The notes below the pieces were generated by a model. It did no database searches. It saw only the letters and a list, made by a program, of their open reading frames with translations, and was not told the DNA's origin. A stretch of 64,000 bases of DNA from a virus, in IMG/VR virus record IMGVR_UViG_3300028876_000002, one strand, 5' to 3'. The translations under genes were made by a program, and so were the position numbers. Shown one piece after another: positions 25,348 through 35,022 of the stretch (position 1 is its first letter; the number at the start of each line of letters is the position of its first letter).

Positions 25348-27705
25348 TCACCCCTTCCTATTGCGGTAGGTCTCGAACCCGGCAGCCGCCAGCGGCAAGC
25401 CGGCGTTCCAGGGCAGTTCAGCGCACATCATCTCCGCCAGCTTCTCGTGCGTGAAGTCCCCCGTGTCGGGGACCTCGGCTGCGATCTCATCGTGCACGTG
25501 GAAGACGATCGGGTAGCCGGCGGCTTCGATTGCCGGCATGCAGTCCGAAAGCTGGTCTGCGGCTACGGCCTGGGTGCCATTCTCGATGGTCTTGCCGCCA
25601 TACGTGCTCAGGCGCTCCCACTTCCGGCTGTACTGGTTGAGCCCCATGTAGCTCAGGGTCCCGGTCTTGGGGTCCACCTGCGGCTGGGGGTAGCACAGCA
25701 CCCGGCCGTTGGGCAGCGCCATGCGCAGCCAGGCCCCGTCGCGACGGAACGCAAGCCGGCGAGCCCGGAATACGGTGCCAGGGTTCAGCACAGCATTTTT
25801 GGCTGCAGCTTCGGCCTCACCCCACAGCGCTTCGATGTTCGGGTGGGCCCGGCGCCAGAGGCGCTTCAGCGAGTCGCAAACCACGAACACCTTGTCGCTC
25901 AGTCCGAACTGGACTTTCGACTTGGCTGCTGCCACGTCATCGGGTCTCGTAGCCATCGCGATGTCGAGTGCCATCTCGTACTGCGTGTCAGTGATCTTCC
26001 CGGTCTTCGGGAGCAACCCGACCCTCCGCAACAACGCCGTCAACGCGGTGTGCTCCACCCACTCCCGGAAGCTCTCCGCCTCGTCGACCACGTCCCCCGG
26101 CAGCACAGGCCACGCGGCCTCAGCCATGGCCGTCAGGTCGATGCCGTAGGTCGCGGCCCCGGTCAGGAACGCCCCGACTCCGCCCTGGTAGCCGAGCATC
26201 AACTCCAGCACCTTGCCGATCTGGCGCTGGTCGTGCGTGACGGTTTCGTGCGACACGTTGAACGCGCGAGCGTACGAGAGCTTGTACAGATCCGGGCCAG
26301 TGCCCGCGTCGTAGTCCCGGAACGCCTGCAGCTTCCACTCCTCGCCGGCCAGCCACGCCAGCACACGGCCTTCAATGTTGGCCAAGTCCGCAATCACGAG
26401 CTTCTTGCCCGGAGCCGCGACGATGCAGCCGCGGATGCAGCAGCTTGCCAGCCGGATCACATCGCCGTGGGTCAGGTCGGCAGAGCCACCCTTCAGTGCC
26501 TCGATGCCCGAGTTCACGTACTGGAGGATGTGGGCGTCCTTGACCTTCTCCTTGGGCAGGCCCCACCAGGCGGCAATCGTCGCCGTGTCCATCCGCGGCA
26601 TGTTGCCGTGCTGGAACAGTCGGTGGGCCCAGCGGCCGGTGCGGAACGCGCCGCGGAACTGGGCCCCGCCACGCAGCCGCCCGTCCTGGTTCACGGCCTT
26701 GAGCAGCGTCTTGTACTTGCTGACGCTGTTCATGGACGACTGCAGCCGGATCGCGATCAGCTCCCTCACGCCGTCAGGCAGGTCCGGGTCCTTCAGCCGG
26801 CGCTCCAGCGTGTCGGCCTGCATGTCAGGCAGGTCCACGCCGTGCGACGCCAGGATCCACTCCAGCAGCGCGTCGCGCTGGGTGGCCGCACCCACCTCCC
26901 CGTCCGTGATGACGACCGTGCGCTCGTTCAACGTGGCCTTGGCCTTGGCCACGGCCTCCACCGCCGCGACGGCCAGGTCTTGGTCCACGCAGAACCCGCG
27001 CTGGTTGATCGTCAGGTCGATGTGCCACAGCTCGACCTGGCGGCCGGTGTAGTTCCACTTCGGCATCTTCCGGTGCGCCTCACGCATCACCGTGATGTCG
27101 CGGCCGGCGTAGCGGATGAACGCCGCCCACTCCGCGGGGTGCGTGTGCTTGGTGGCCCGGTTCGTGCCGTACTTCTTGATGAAGGCTTCGCCTTGCGGCT
27201 TGCAGAAGAGGTGGATGTACTTCTTCCCTTCAGTGTCCTTGCGCTTGGCCTCGTCGATGTTGAGGGCGTGCCCGAGCTTCTCCAGCGAACCGGGCAGCCC
27301 GTGGCAGAACGCCTGCACCATGGTGTCCCGGCGTCTCGACTTGGTGATCCACTTGGCCAGGCCGGGCAGGGCCTTGTCCAGCACCACGAAGTCGAACATG
27401 CCGGAATTGTGCCCCCACACGAGGCACTCAGGGTCGGCCAGGGCCTGCTCCAGGTCCACCGGCGGGAACTGCCAACCAGGGCCACCCTTAGGTTGTGTTG
27501 GCGACTGGTGCCACTCGACCGTGCCAGACAACTCCTCGACCTCCGGCCAGTGCACGGTGCCGTCTGTCAGGTCCCACACCTTGACAAGCCCGTCGCCTGT
27601 GGCGTACGACCAGAGCATCACCTCCACCTGCTCAGCGTAGCGGTGCACGCCGTCCTTGATCGGGACGGGGCTGAAGGTTTCGAGATCAAAAAAGAAATTC
27701 TTCAC
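25348..27705 (-). CDS. DNA polymerase family A with N-terminal 3'-5' exonuclease
   Basis: FFDLETFS exo motif; TGRW; motif A DLANIE; motif B RQIGKVLELMLGY; motif C VHDEI. Confidence 0.95.
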   Translation of the reverse strand: MKNFFFDLETFSPVPIKDGVHRYAEQVEVMLWSYATGDGLVKVWDLTDGTVHWPEVEELSGTVEWHQSPTQPKGGPGWQFPPVDLEQALADPECLVWGHNSGMFDFVVLDKALPGLAKWITKSRRRDTMVQAFCHGLPGSLEKLGHALNIDEAKRKDTEGKKYIHLFCKPQGEAFIKKYGTNRATKHTHPAEWAAFIRYAGRDITVMREAHRKMPKWNYTGRQVELWHIDLTINQRGFCVDQDLAVAAVEAVAKAKATLNERTVVITDGEVGAATQRDALLEWILASHGVDLPDMQADTLERRLKDPDLPDGVRELIAIRLQSSMNSVSKYKTLLKAVNQDGRLRGGAQFRGAFRTGRWAHRLFQHGNMPRMDTATIAAWWGLPKEKVKDAHILQYVNSGIEALKGGSADLTHGDVIRLASCCIRGCIVAAPGKKLVIADLANIEGRVLAWLAGEEWKLQAFRDYDAGTGPDLYKLSYARAFNVSHETVTHDQRQIGKVLELMLGYQGGVGAFLTGAATYGIDLTAMAEAAWPVLPGDVVDEAESFREWVEHTALTALLRRVGLLPKTGKITDTQYEMALDIAMATRPDDVAAAKSKVQFGLSDKVFVVCDSLKRLWRRAHPNIEALWGEAEAAAKNAVLNPGTVFRARRLAFRRDGAWLRMALPNGRVLCYPQPQVDPKTGTLSYMGLNQYSRKWERLSTYGGKTIENGTQAVAADQLSDCMPAIEAAGYPIVFHVHDEIAAEVPDTGDFTHEKLAEMMCAELPWNAGLPLAAAGFETYRNRKG

Positions 27706-27708
27706 GGG

Positions 27709-27936
27709 TCAGAAAAGCCTGTTGGGGAACTTGGTGTCGATCTGAACCAACTCGTCGTGGGCCGCGATGGCTTCACGCACGATGCGCAAGTCGAAGCACT
27801 GCACCGACATCGGGTCGGACTTCCACTCAGCGACCACCAGCTTGAAGATCTCAAGCGCGCGGTCTTCCAGTTCGATGCGACGATCGTGGGCTTCCGCCGC
27901 TTTGCGACGGTAGTCGTGCGGTAGCGAACGTTCCAT
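27709..27936 (-). CDS. hypothetical protein
   Basis: AAGGAG RBS upstream. Confidence 0.5.
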   Translation of the reverse strand: MERSLPHDYRRKAAEAHDRRIELEDRALEIFKLVVAEWKSDPMSVQCFDLRIVREAIAAHDELVQIDTKFPNRLF

Positions 27937-28036
27937 CACGACTTCTCCTTCGGAGGGGGTGGCGGAGGTGCCACCCACCGCGGGCAGTGGCTCAGGGTGC
28001 GCTTGCCGCCGCACAGGGGGCAGGTGTTGGACCACT

Positions 28037-28237
28037 TCACGACCGCCCCTTCGCCAGCTTGCTGATCTCGGTCTCCAGACGGTGGATGCGCTTGCGCAGC
28101 ATCGGCACCACGGCGTCGAAGTATTCCTTGTTGCTCACGGCGTCGATGAGTTGGCCGCGGGCCTCCTCCAGCAACTTCTTGCGCCTGCGGTCGGTGCCTG
28201 CGATCTGGAACGGGTTGAAACGGTTCAGGAATCCCAT
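28037..28237 (-). CDS. hypothetical protein
   Basis: GGAG RBS upstream. Confidence 0.5.
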   Translation of the reverse strand: MGFLNRFNPFQIAGTDRRRKKLLEEARGQLIDAVSNKEYFDAVVPMLRKRIHRLETEISKLAKGRS

Positions 28238-28325
28238 CAGCTTTCTCCGGGTTGGTGGGTTTTGCTTTGTGCTGCCACCCCTCGTGGAGTGGCAGACCAA
28301 AACATCTTCAGATCACAAAGTCACA

Positions 28326-28988
28326 TCAGCCCAGGTCGCCCTCACCACCACCACCACCACCACCACCACCACCACCACCACCACCACCACCACCACCACC
28401 ACCACCGAACGCGTCCGCGTCGGCCCCGACTTCCATCTCGGTGAAGTCGTTCTCGTCGGGCATGCTGCCACCGCCGAACGAGTCGCCCTTGCGCACCAGT
28501 TGCACACCCAGCAGCGTAGCCCGGATGCCCTTGCCGTTGGTGTTCTGCTGCGCCCAGATCTCGACGTGCATGTTGATGAAACAGCCCGAGTACAGCACAC
28601 CTTCCTTGCCCGGGACCGCGATGCCGTTCTGCTGGTACAGCGGGTGCTTCAACTGGTCGAACACCAGCGGGCGGCCGTCCTTCTGGTACCGGTGCGCGGA
28701 GAGCACCCAGTGGTCGGCGTAGCCGTCGAAGTCCTTCAGGTTGCCGTCCGCCCAGCAGCAGCCCTTCGGGTCGCGCTTGATGGCCTCCAGGGTGGTCTGC
28801 CACTTCTTGTCCCACTTCTCCTTGGCCAACTGCTCCAGCACCGCGTCCACCTTCTTGCGCTGCGGGCTGTCGGCCGGGATCAGCGCCGAGGCGGACCACC
28901 GCGCCGGGTCGCCCTCCTTGTACGGCTTGGGCTCACCGAGGACCAGGAACGACCCTCGCACATCCGTCAACATCAACTTCACCCCCAT
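28326..28988 (-). CDS. ssDNA-binding protein (DUF2815)
   Basis: LYSGCFINMHVEIWAQ.N..GKGI.A.L.GVQ..RKGDSFGGG, acidic tail. Confidence 0.88.
   Translation of the reverse strand: MGVKLMLTDVRGSFLVLGEPKPYKEGDPARWSASALIPADSPQRKKVDAVLEQLAKEKWDKKWQTTLEAIKRDPKGCCWADGNLKDFDGYADHWVLSAHRYQKDGRPLVFDQLKHPLYQQNGIAVPGKEGVLYSGCFINMHVEIWAQQNTNGKGIRATLLGVQLVRKGDSFGGGSMPDENDFTEMEVGADADAFGGGGGGGGGGGGGGGGGGGGGEGDLG
28344..28406. repeat. perfect (ACC)21 trinucleotide repeat encoding poly-Gly
   Basis: Direct reading of sequence. Confidence 0.9.
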
Positions 28989-29013
28989 GGGGATCTCCTT
29001 CACAAAAATAAGT

Positions 29014-29328
29014 TCAAAGACCCGTGGGTTGTGCCACGGCACGTGTGAGCTTCATCAGCCCGGTTTGGAAATCAGTGCGGGCCATGGCGAGCCACCGCTC
29101 GGGCTGCGCCTCCTGGAGGCGTTGCTGCTCGTCAGCATCTTTCAGCACGACGGAACCGCCGACAGCGGGGAGGCTGCTCACCGGCCCGCATGCAGCACGT
29201 TGGTAGGCAATGTGATCGCCCACCACGTTAAGCAGCATCTCCGTGGTTGCCGCCAGGTTTCTGATCGCCACGTCCGCCGCCAGCCCTGTGTGCAACGTGG
29301 TCCCACGCACTCGTGTGCTCTCGTCCAT
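29014..29328 (-). CDS. hypothetical protein
   Basis: AAGGA RBS; ends TGLMKLTRAVAQPTGL. Confidence 0.55.
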   Translation of the reverse strand: MDESTRVRGTTLHTGLAADVAIRNLAATTEMLLNVVGDHIAYQRAACGPVSSLPAVGGSVVLKDADEQQRLQEAQPERWLAMARTDFQTGLMKLTRAVAQPTGL

Positions 29329-29346
29329 ATCGTCCTTCTTCTGGGC

Positions 29347-30729
29347 TCAGCCCAACAGTTCGCCACCGTCATCGGCAGCAGGTTCATCAACAACACCGAA
29401 GTCGGAACTCTCCAACCCCGGCACCACGTACAGCTCCTTGATCGCCTCCAGCCTCTTGACTGACGGCTTGGGCTTGTTCCTGACCACCAGCTTCTGCAGC
29501 TTCTTCCACTGGCCGGGCCCGATCACCGGTGCAGGACCCACCGGTTCCTTCTTGCGGTTCAACTTCTGCGTCGCCAGCTTCTCCGCAGTGGTGGGGGAGA
29601 TCAGCTTCAGGTCGTACATCTCCTCCGTATTGAGCCGCATGCGTTTGAGTTCCGCCTCGGCCGCGTCCGCGTCCTGCCACTTCCTCGGTCCTTCACGGCC
29701 CAGCTCCAGGCCGTAGCCCAGCTCCTGGCAGACCGCCAGGTCGTTGTTGGCCGCGATGAGCCGGCGCTCCGTCTCCGCCCGCACCGCGATGATCCAGTCC
29801 TCCAGCATGTCGGTGACCGACATGGAGAGCGCCAGGTCCTGATTCGCTTCGCCGGGGAGCTTCACCTCGCCCCTTGCGGCGATGACCTCGAACTCGTCCC
29901 CCACCGCGCGCTCCAGCTTGAGCCTGTAGGCCGGGCAGGTCGGGATCGCCCGGCAGAACGCGCAGTCCCTGTCGTTCGGGTCCGGGTTGAGGAAGGTCTC
30001 CATCCAGATCGTGGTGCGCTTCGTGTCCCCCACCGAGAGCGGGTACGCCTCCATCGCGACCCGCACCGACGCCTCGCGAGACCGAGCCGTCTGCGCGAAC
30101 TTGAGCAGGTAGGCCAGGTCGCAAGTCCACTCCCGTTCGCCGCCCTGCTCAGGCTGGTAGATCACGAGCCGGACGGAGCGGATATCGTGCGACAGCTCGA
30201 ACATGCTGTACGCCCCGAGCGCGTAGTACAGGAGCTGCGGGTTCTCCTCCACCGGCACGAACTTGTAGCCGAACTTGGCATCTATGACGATCAGCTCGTG
30301 GCCGACCTCACCGGTGAGGGGGTCGGCCCACGGCTTGACCACGATCGCGTCGGCCGTGCCGAACTGGCCGGGCACCTCGATCCACTGCCCGAACTCCACC
30401 CGCTGCTCGACCATCAGCAGGTCGTTGCCAGCGACGCCGCGCACGTAGTCCACGTACTCCTGGACCGGAGGCGTCATCCCTTCGGTGAAGGGGATGGTGT
30501 GCGTCTGCCTGTTGTTCTCGTAGACCGGGCAGCCCATGCCCACGTAGTCCTTGGCCTCGACGATACCGCCCGGGGCGGCGAGCACCACCGCCGCGAAGTG
30601 GTGCTTGCAGGTGCCGTCCTCGCTGGCCTTGGACGAGTTGTTCGGGTAGGCGTCCTCCAGGGTGAGGGACCCGGGGCACACGAAGCGCCGGGCCGCGCCT
30701 GACGGGCTGTGCCTGGCGTGCTCGCTCAT
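29347..30729 (-). CDS. DUF2800 (Cas4/PD-(D/E)xK-like) exonuclease
   Basis: HARHSPSGA, FGTADAI, VIDAKFG, NPQL..YALG, CAFC....CP. Confidence 0.88.
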   Translation of the reverse strand: MSEHARHSPSGAARRFVCPGSLTLEDAYPNNSSKASEDGTCKHHFAAVVLAAPGGIVEAKDYVGMGCPVYENNRQTHTIPFTEGMTPPVQEYVDYVRGVAGNDLLMVEQRVEFGQWIEVPGQFGTADAIVVKPWADPLTGEVGHELIVIDAKFGYKFVPVEENPQLLYYALGAYSMFELSHDIRSVRLVIYQPEQGGEREWTCDLAYLLKFAQTARSREASVRVAMEAYPLSVGDTKRTTIWMETFLNPDPNDRDCAFCRAIPTCPAYRLKLERAVGDEFEVIAARGEVKLPGEANQDLALSMSVTDMLEDWIIAVRAETERRLIAANNDLAVCQELGYGLELGREGPRKWQDADAAEAELKRMRLNTEEMYDLKLISPTTAEKLATQKLNRKKEPVGPAPVIGPGQWKKLQKLVVRNKPKPSVKRLEAIKELYVVPGLESSDFGVVDEPAADDGGELLG

Positions 30730-31157
30730 CAGCGCACTCCCGCCGCAGCCCGGAGCTTGCGCAACGCGGCTTTCATCTTGGCGGCTTCATCGGCGTGGAC
30801 CGCTTCGGAGGTGTAGTAGCCCACCGCATCCGCCAGCAGACGGATCTCAGCCCGCGACAGGCCTGTCGGGTTGGGCTTCTTGACCTTGGCGATCTTCGCG
30901 ACCGCCGGCATGGGTGGCAGGCTGTCCACCACCTGCACCGGGGTCACCCCCAACGGAATTTGCTGTTCCATGTTCTTCCTTCGCAGGCAGCGAGGTACGC
31001 CCGCATGATTCGGTGAATCGGCCACAACCTGCGTGCGGTCCTCGCATCGCACGACCAGTTGAGGCCGGCATGGCCCCAGGCCGTAGCCAAGGGCGCGAGC
31101 TTCAACCCATGCTCTCTTCGCCGGAGAGGCCGGCCAGCACGGCCGCCGGGTCGGCAC
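30729..31157 (-). CDS. hypothetical protein (true start probably near 30970)
   Basis: ORF in operon orientation. Confidence 0.35.
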   Translation of the reverse strand: MPTRRPCWPASPAKRAWVEARALGYGLGPCRPQLVVRCEDRTQVVADSPNHAGVPRCLRRKNMEQQIPLGVTPVQVVDSLPPMPAVAKIAKVKKPNPTGLSRAEIRLLADAVGYYTSEAVHADEAAKMKAALRKLRAAAGVR

Positions 31158-31614
31158 CGTCGTTCAGGGCCTTGAACGCTGCGTGCGCGGCGTCGTAGTA
31201 CTCGGGCTTGATCTCCAGCCCGCTCTTGGCGCCGCCGAGGGCGGCCAGGGCGGCCACCAGGGTGGGCCGGTTCTTCACCGCGTCCTTGCGCAGGTAGCCG
31301 TTGATGAGGTCGCCGATGCCGGTCTCGGGGTAGGACTTGCCGGCGAGGCTGGTGCTGGCCGCAGGTTCAGCCGGGGGCGGCGCGGGCTTTTCGGCGGGGG
31401 TCTTGCCCTTGCCAGCGGTTGCTTTCGTGGCGGACGCAGCGGGCGGCGGGGTCTTGACTTCCGGGGTTGCAGGCTGCGAAGTACCGGCAGGGGCTGCCGT
31501 CTCCGCAGACTTTGGGGTCGGGCTCGTGGCCTGGGCCGCGCCTCCTGCCAGGAGGGTGAGAGCCGCTGCGGCTTCGCCGGGCGTGCTGAAATTGAGAGTG
31601 ACTTGGATCGTCAT
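31102..31614 (-). CDS. hypothetical Pro/Ala-rich protein upstream of DUF2800
   Basis: Usual position in this replication module; AAGGA RBS. Confidence 0.6.
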   Translation of the reverse strand: MTIQVTLNFSTPGEAAAALTLLAGGAAQATSPTPKSAETAAPAGTSQPATPEVKTPPPAASATKATAGKGKTPAEKPAPPPAEPAASTSLAGKSYPETGIGDLINGYLRKDAVKNRPTLVAALAALGGAKSGLEIKPEYYDAAHAAFKALNDGADPAAVLAGLSGEESMG

Positions 31615-31791
31615 GGGGTCCTTCGTTGGTTGAGTCGTTGAATCAGAACGCAGAGCGCTTTCACCCTGCAGGTTCGCTTCCTGGAGTCCTCGTCGTCCTG
31701 GATCACGGACCTCGACCAGCGAGTCAATGCCCACCACAGCAAGATCCTGTACCACCACGTCTTCACTTTGTTCCCCAGAAGTAGCGAACCG

Positions 31792-31865
31792 AGTGTAGCA
31801 CTTGGTCCAAGGATTGTGTCAACCCCCTACGCGGTATTTGCGATTACCGAACCAAGTGCTACAGT
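31792..31865. promoter_or_regulatory. divergent promoter/operator region
   Basis: 13-bp inverted repeat TGTAGCACTTGGT (31794-31806) / ACCAAGTGCTACA (31851-31863); rightward TTGCGA-16-TACAGT, leftward TTGACA-19-TACACT. Confidence 0.65.
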
Positions 31866-31874
31866 CGGCCCCTC

Positions 31875-32126
31875 ATGAAGCGGACCAACCTCTCAGACCT
31901 GGATGTGGCAACGCGGCACGAACTTGCTGCGGAGATGTCCACAAGCGAAGCCGTCATCCGGCACATCGCGACGGGCCGCCGCCAGGCGAGTTCTGGTATG
32001 GCCATCCGCATCGAGCGGGCCGCCGCGAAAATCGGCCTGCACATCCCGCGCTCGGACCTCTCGTCCGCATGCGCCACCTGTGAGTACGCCCGCCAGTGTG
32101 AGCGGAGCAAGAAAGGGAAGTCATGA
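31875..32126 (+). CDS. Cro-like HTH regulator
   Basis: ELAAEMSTSEAVIRHIATGRRQAS..MAIRIE; C-terminal CATC. Confidence 0.75.
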   Translation: MKRTNLSDLDVATRHELAAEMSTSEAVIRHIATGRRQASSGMAIRIERAAAKIGLHIPRSDLSSACATCEYARQCERSKKGKS

Positions 32127-32458
32127 CACGTGAAGACGCCTGGATCGTTGGTATCGGGATTGCGGCTGTGGTCGTGGCGCTCGTCACGACGCCCGCTGAC
32201 GCCGCGCCGACCGTGAAGACGGGAGACGTACTGTACGCCATGGTGAAGATCGCCCAGCCGCTCAAGGTCGATGAGCGCGTGTACGAGGACCACGAGATCC
32301 ACGGTTCGCTGTACGCGGATCGCGAGTCGTGCGAGGCACGAGCGAAGCGCGAACTGCAGCAGAACGCCGTCGAAGCGGCGGCCGGCAGGGCCAAGTTTCG
32401 CATCTTCGTTGGTTGCATCCCGATTCCGGCCCCAGTCCCTGCAGCACCGAGCATCTGA
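32123..32458 (+). CDS. hypothetical exported/membrane-anchored protein
   Basis: N-terminal hydrophobic signal, ADA cleavage-like site, two Cys. Confidence 0.5.
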   Translation: MTREDAWIVGIGIAAVVVALVTTPADAAPTVKTGDVLYAMVKIAQPLKVDERVYEDHEIHGSLYADRESCEARAKRELQQNAVEAAAGRAKFRIFVGCIPIPAPVPAAPSI

Positions 32459-32459
32459 G

Positions 32460-32663
32460 ATGGTCGAGATCCGAATCGCAGCGCACCGCCTCGCGGAGCG
32501 CGAGAACGAGGTCCTCAAGGGCCAGCTCCTGCTGAACGAGTTGCGGGACGCGCTGGTCCCCGTGGCCGGGGTCCTGTTCCCGACCGGGGTCATCTACGGG
32601 ACCTTGAGCACCAGCACCGACCTTGCGACTGGCGACACGGTGCTGCAATGGGTCGAAGACTGA
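32460..32663 (+). CDS. hypothetical protein
   Basis: In-operon ORF. Confidence 0.45.
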   Translation: MVEIRIAAHRLAERENEVLKGQLLLNELRDALVPVAGVLFPTGVIYGTLSTSTDLATGDTVLQWVED

Positions 32664-32736
32664 ACCGGCTGCTGGCGGTCCTCGCCGCAGCCTACGTGCT
32701 GTGGGAGATCCTGCGGTCACTACGAAGGAGATAGCT

Positions 32737-33267
32737 GTGGAATTTGAATCGTTTGGCAAGATCGCCCGGCTCAGCCGGCAAGTCGTAATCACCGAGAAGA
32801 TCGACGGCACCAACGCCCAGGTCTGCGTGGGTGAAGATGGCACCATCAGCGCCGGGTCCCGCACTCGCTGGATCACGCCCGAGGACGACAACTTCGGGTT
32901 CGCGGCGTGGGTGAAAGAGCACGAGGGCGAACTCCGGGCGCTCGGGCCAGGCCGCCACTTCGGCGAGTGGTGGGGTCGAGGCATCCAGCGCGGCTACGGG
33001 CTCACCGAGCGCAGGTTCTCGCTCTTCAACGTCAGCCGTTGGACCGCGGAGACGCCACCTCCGGCTTGCTGCTCGGTGGTGCCGGTTCTCTGGGAGGGGT
33101 TGTTCGACACGGGCGTGGTTGATCGCGTGCTGGCTGACCTGAAAGACACCGGCAGTTACGCGGCCTATTCGGCGAAGGCGGAAGGCATCATGATCTACCA
33201 CACCGCGGCGCGCATCTACTTCAAGAAGACGCTGGACAAGGATGCAGAACCGAAGTCGAAGGTGTGA
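32737..33267 (+). CDS. RNA ligase (Rnl2-like adenylation domain)
   Basis: TEKIDGTN (KxDG), FGEWWG.GIQ, AEGIMI, YFK. Confidence 0.85.
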   Translation: MEFESFGKIARLSRQVVITEKIDGTNAQVCVGEDGTISAGSRTRWITPEDDNFGFAAWVKEHEGELRALGPGRHFGEWWGRGIQRGYGLTERRFSLFNVSRWTAETPPPACCSVVPVLWEGLFDTGVVDRVLADLKDTGSYAAYSAKAEGIMIYHTAARIYFKKTLDKDAEPKSKV

Positions 33268-33271
33268 GTGG

Positions 33272-34564
33272 GTGACCCCCGACAACCCACTCATTGCTGC
33301 GCTGGAGCCCATCACCAGCCGGGTGCGCACCGACGTGACCGCGGTCCGCCGGCTGGATGGGCTGCAGGCGTGGACCAAGCAGGCCCTGACCCCTGAGCGC
33401 CTGGCCAAACATTACAACGGAGGTCCTGCCCGCGGGGTCTGCCCCATCAAGGCCGGCGAGTCGGTCACCATGCTCGGGCTGCTCGACTTCGACAGCCACA
33501 AGGGTGAGACCAACTGGGCGACCATGAGCCACACCGTGTGGCTGGTGGCCAGCGCGCTGGAGTTGTGCCACGGCGCGGTGCCGGTGCTGTTCCGCTCCAC
33601 CGGTGGCCGCGGGGTGCACCTCTACGTCCTCTGGGACGACCCGCAGGACGCCTACAGCGTGCGCACGTGGTTGGCCGAGGTGCTCAGGTCCTGCGGCTTG
33701 CGGCCGGGTGTGAAGAGCGTCAGCGCCGGACAGGTGGAGGTGTTCCCGAAGCAGGATGCCGTGGCCCCGGATGGCTTCGGCAACCAGTTCATCCTGCCCC
33801 TCGCAGGCAAGTCCGAACTCCTGCAGTTCGAGGAGTTGAGCGGCATCCTGGAGATCGTACCCCGCGAGTCGGTGGTCGGGATGCACTGGCCCATGTCCCC
33901 GCCCGTGCCGGTGGTCGAGAGGCCTGAGCACCAGCGCGGCCTCGTGGCCCGCTCCGCGGAGCGTGATACGCCGTGGATGCTGGCGCTGGACGCGATCCCC
34001 AACTCGGGCACCGCGACTCTGGACTACGACGCCTGGCGCAACGTGGTGTTCGCCGTCCACTACGAGACCGGGGGCAGCCCGGAGGGCCTGTCCATCGTCG
34101 AGGAGTTCAGCGCCCGATCCGCGAAGGCCGACTTGGACTTCCTGCGTGAGCGGGTGTGGCCGTTCGTGCGCAGCGACCACGCGCAGCCGATCACCGGCAA
34201 CACGATCATGGCCATGGCCCGCGGCAACGGGTGGCAGGAGCCGCTGGACGACAGCGCGTTCTCGGTGTTGACCGAGGAAGGCGAAGGGGTTGAAGATGCT
34301 GGGGTGGCGGAGAGTGCCGCACCGGTCAGGCGCCGCGGTGTTCCGGCGGCCGAGCACAAGACCACGGACCAAGCCAATGCCAACAGGCTGGTCAAGGCCT
34401 ACGGTCACCGGGCGCTGTGTGCAGGCGACAAGTGGTATATCGACGACGGCAAGCGCTGGGCGCTGGACGAGGCAGGAATCTACAGGTACGCGTGTCAACT
34501 CTCCCGCATCGTCGGGGACGAGGCGCGCGTGTTGTTGCAACGAGCGAAGGAGAAAACTGAGTGA
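33272..34564 (+). CDS. primase (AEP-like with PriCT-2), N-terminal half of a split primase-helicase
   Basis: LLDFDSH, RSTGGRGVHLY, LDYDAWRNV.FAVH, then TDQANANRL..W...GKRW (start of D5_N). Confidence 0.8.
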   Translation: MTPDNPLIAALEPITSRVRTDVTAVRRLDGLQAWTKQALTPERLAKHYNGGPARGVCPIKAGESVTMLGLLDFDSHKGETNWATMSHTVWLVASALELCHGAVPVLFRSTGGRGVHLYVLWDDPQDAYSVRTWLAEVLRSCGLRPGVKSVSAGQVEVFPKQDAVAPDGFGNQFILPLAGKSELLQFEELSGILEIVPRESVVGMHWPMSPPVPVVERPEHQRGLVARSAERDTPWMLALDAIPNSGTATLDYDAWRNVVFAVHYETGGSPEGLSIVEEFSARSAKADLDFLRERVWPFVRSDHAQPITGNTIMAMARGNGWQEPLDDSAFSVLTEEGEGVEDAGVAESAAPVRRRGVPAAEHKTTDQANANRLVKAYGHRALCAGDKWYIDDGKRWALDEAGIYRYACQLSRIVGDEARVLLQRAKEKTE

Positions 34565-35010
34565 ACACCGTAACGTTGAACCGTCTTGCTGTGGTGTGTC
34601 AAGCGAGCAATCGGGAAGAGCTATTGGCTGAACTGGAAAGCCGGGGCCCAATCCAGATTACCGAAGTGAACGAAGAATCCTGCATTGAACTGGCGGGCTT
34701 CGTAGACTGGGGGTGGGCGTTTCGGACCCTGCCGTTCTATGCCAAAGACCCTTTTTCTAATGATCTGGACAGACTCTCAGAAGCGTTTCGCTCAGGTATG
34801 GCCCAAGTATCGGTTCGCTTTGAGGCCGAAGTGGCTGCTGCCATACCTCCGGACGACGCCGGGCCGGACACGCATCGCGGAGCCGCCATCGCGGTACATG
34901 CCGCCGGTCAGCGCGCAATTCTGGCGCAGGATGCCATCAAGAGAGAATTAGAAAAGGGCGTGGCTGTTTTGTTTGCCAAGGCCTGGGCCTTTAAACCTGT
35001 AACGCATTGA
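34561..35010 (+). CDS. hypothetical protein
   Basis: GTGA overlap with primase stop; AT-richer. Confidence 0.5.
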   Translation: MNTVTLNRLAVVCQASNREELLAELESRGPIQITEVNEESCIELAGFVDWGWAFRTLPFYAKDPFSNDLDRLSEAFRSGMAQVSVRFEAEVAAAIPPDDAGPDTHRGAAIAVHAAGQRAILAQDAIKRELEKGVAVLFAKAWAFKPVTH

Positions 35011-35022
35011 AAGGAAAACTGA

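Noticed and set aside
25102-27924. Long antisense ORFs (e.g. 940 aa here, 643 aa at 52856, 595 aa at 54591, 541 aa at 58536)
   Set aside because: Shadow frames of high-GC genes; no motifs or RBS
29347-30729. CRISPR-associated Cas4
   Set aside because: Context (DUF2815, PolA, VRR-NUC, SNF2) is the standard phage replication module
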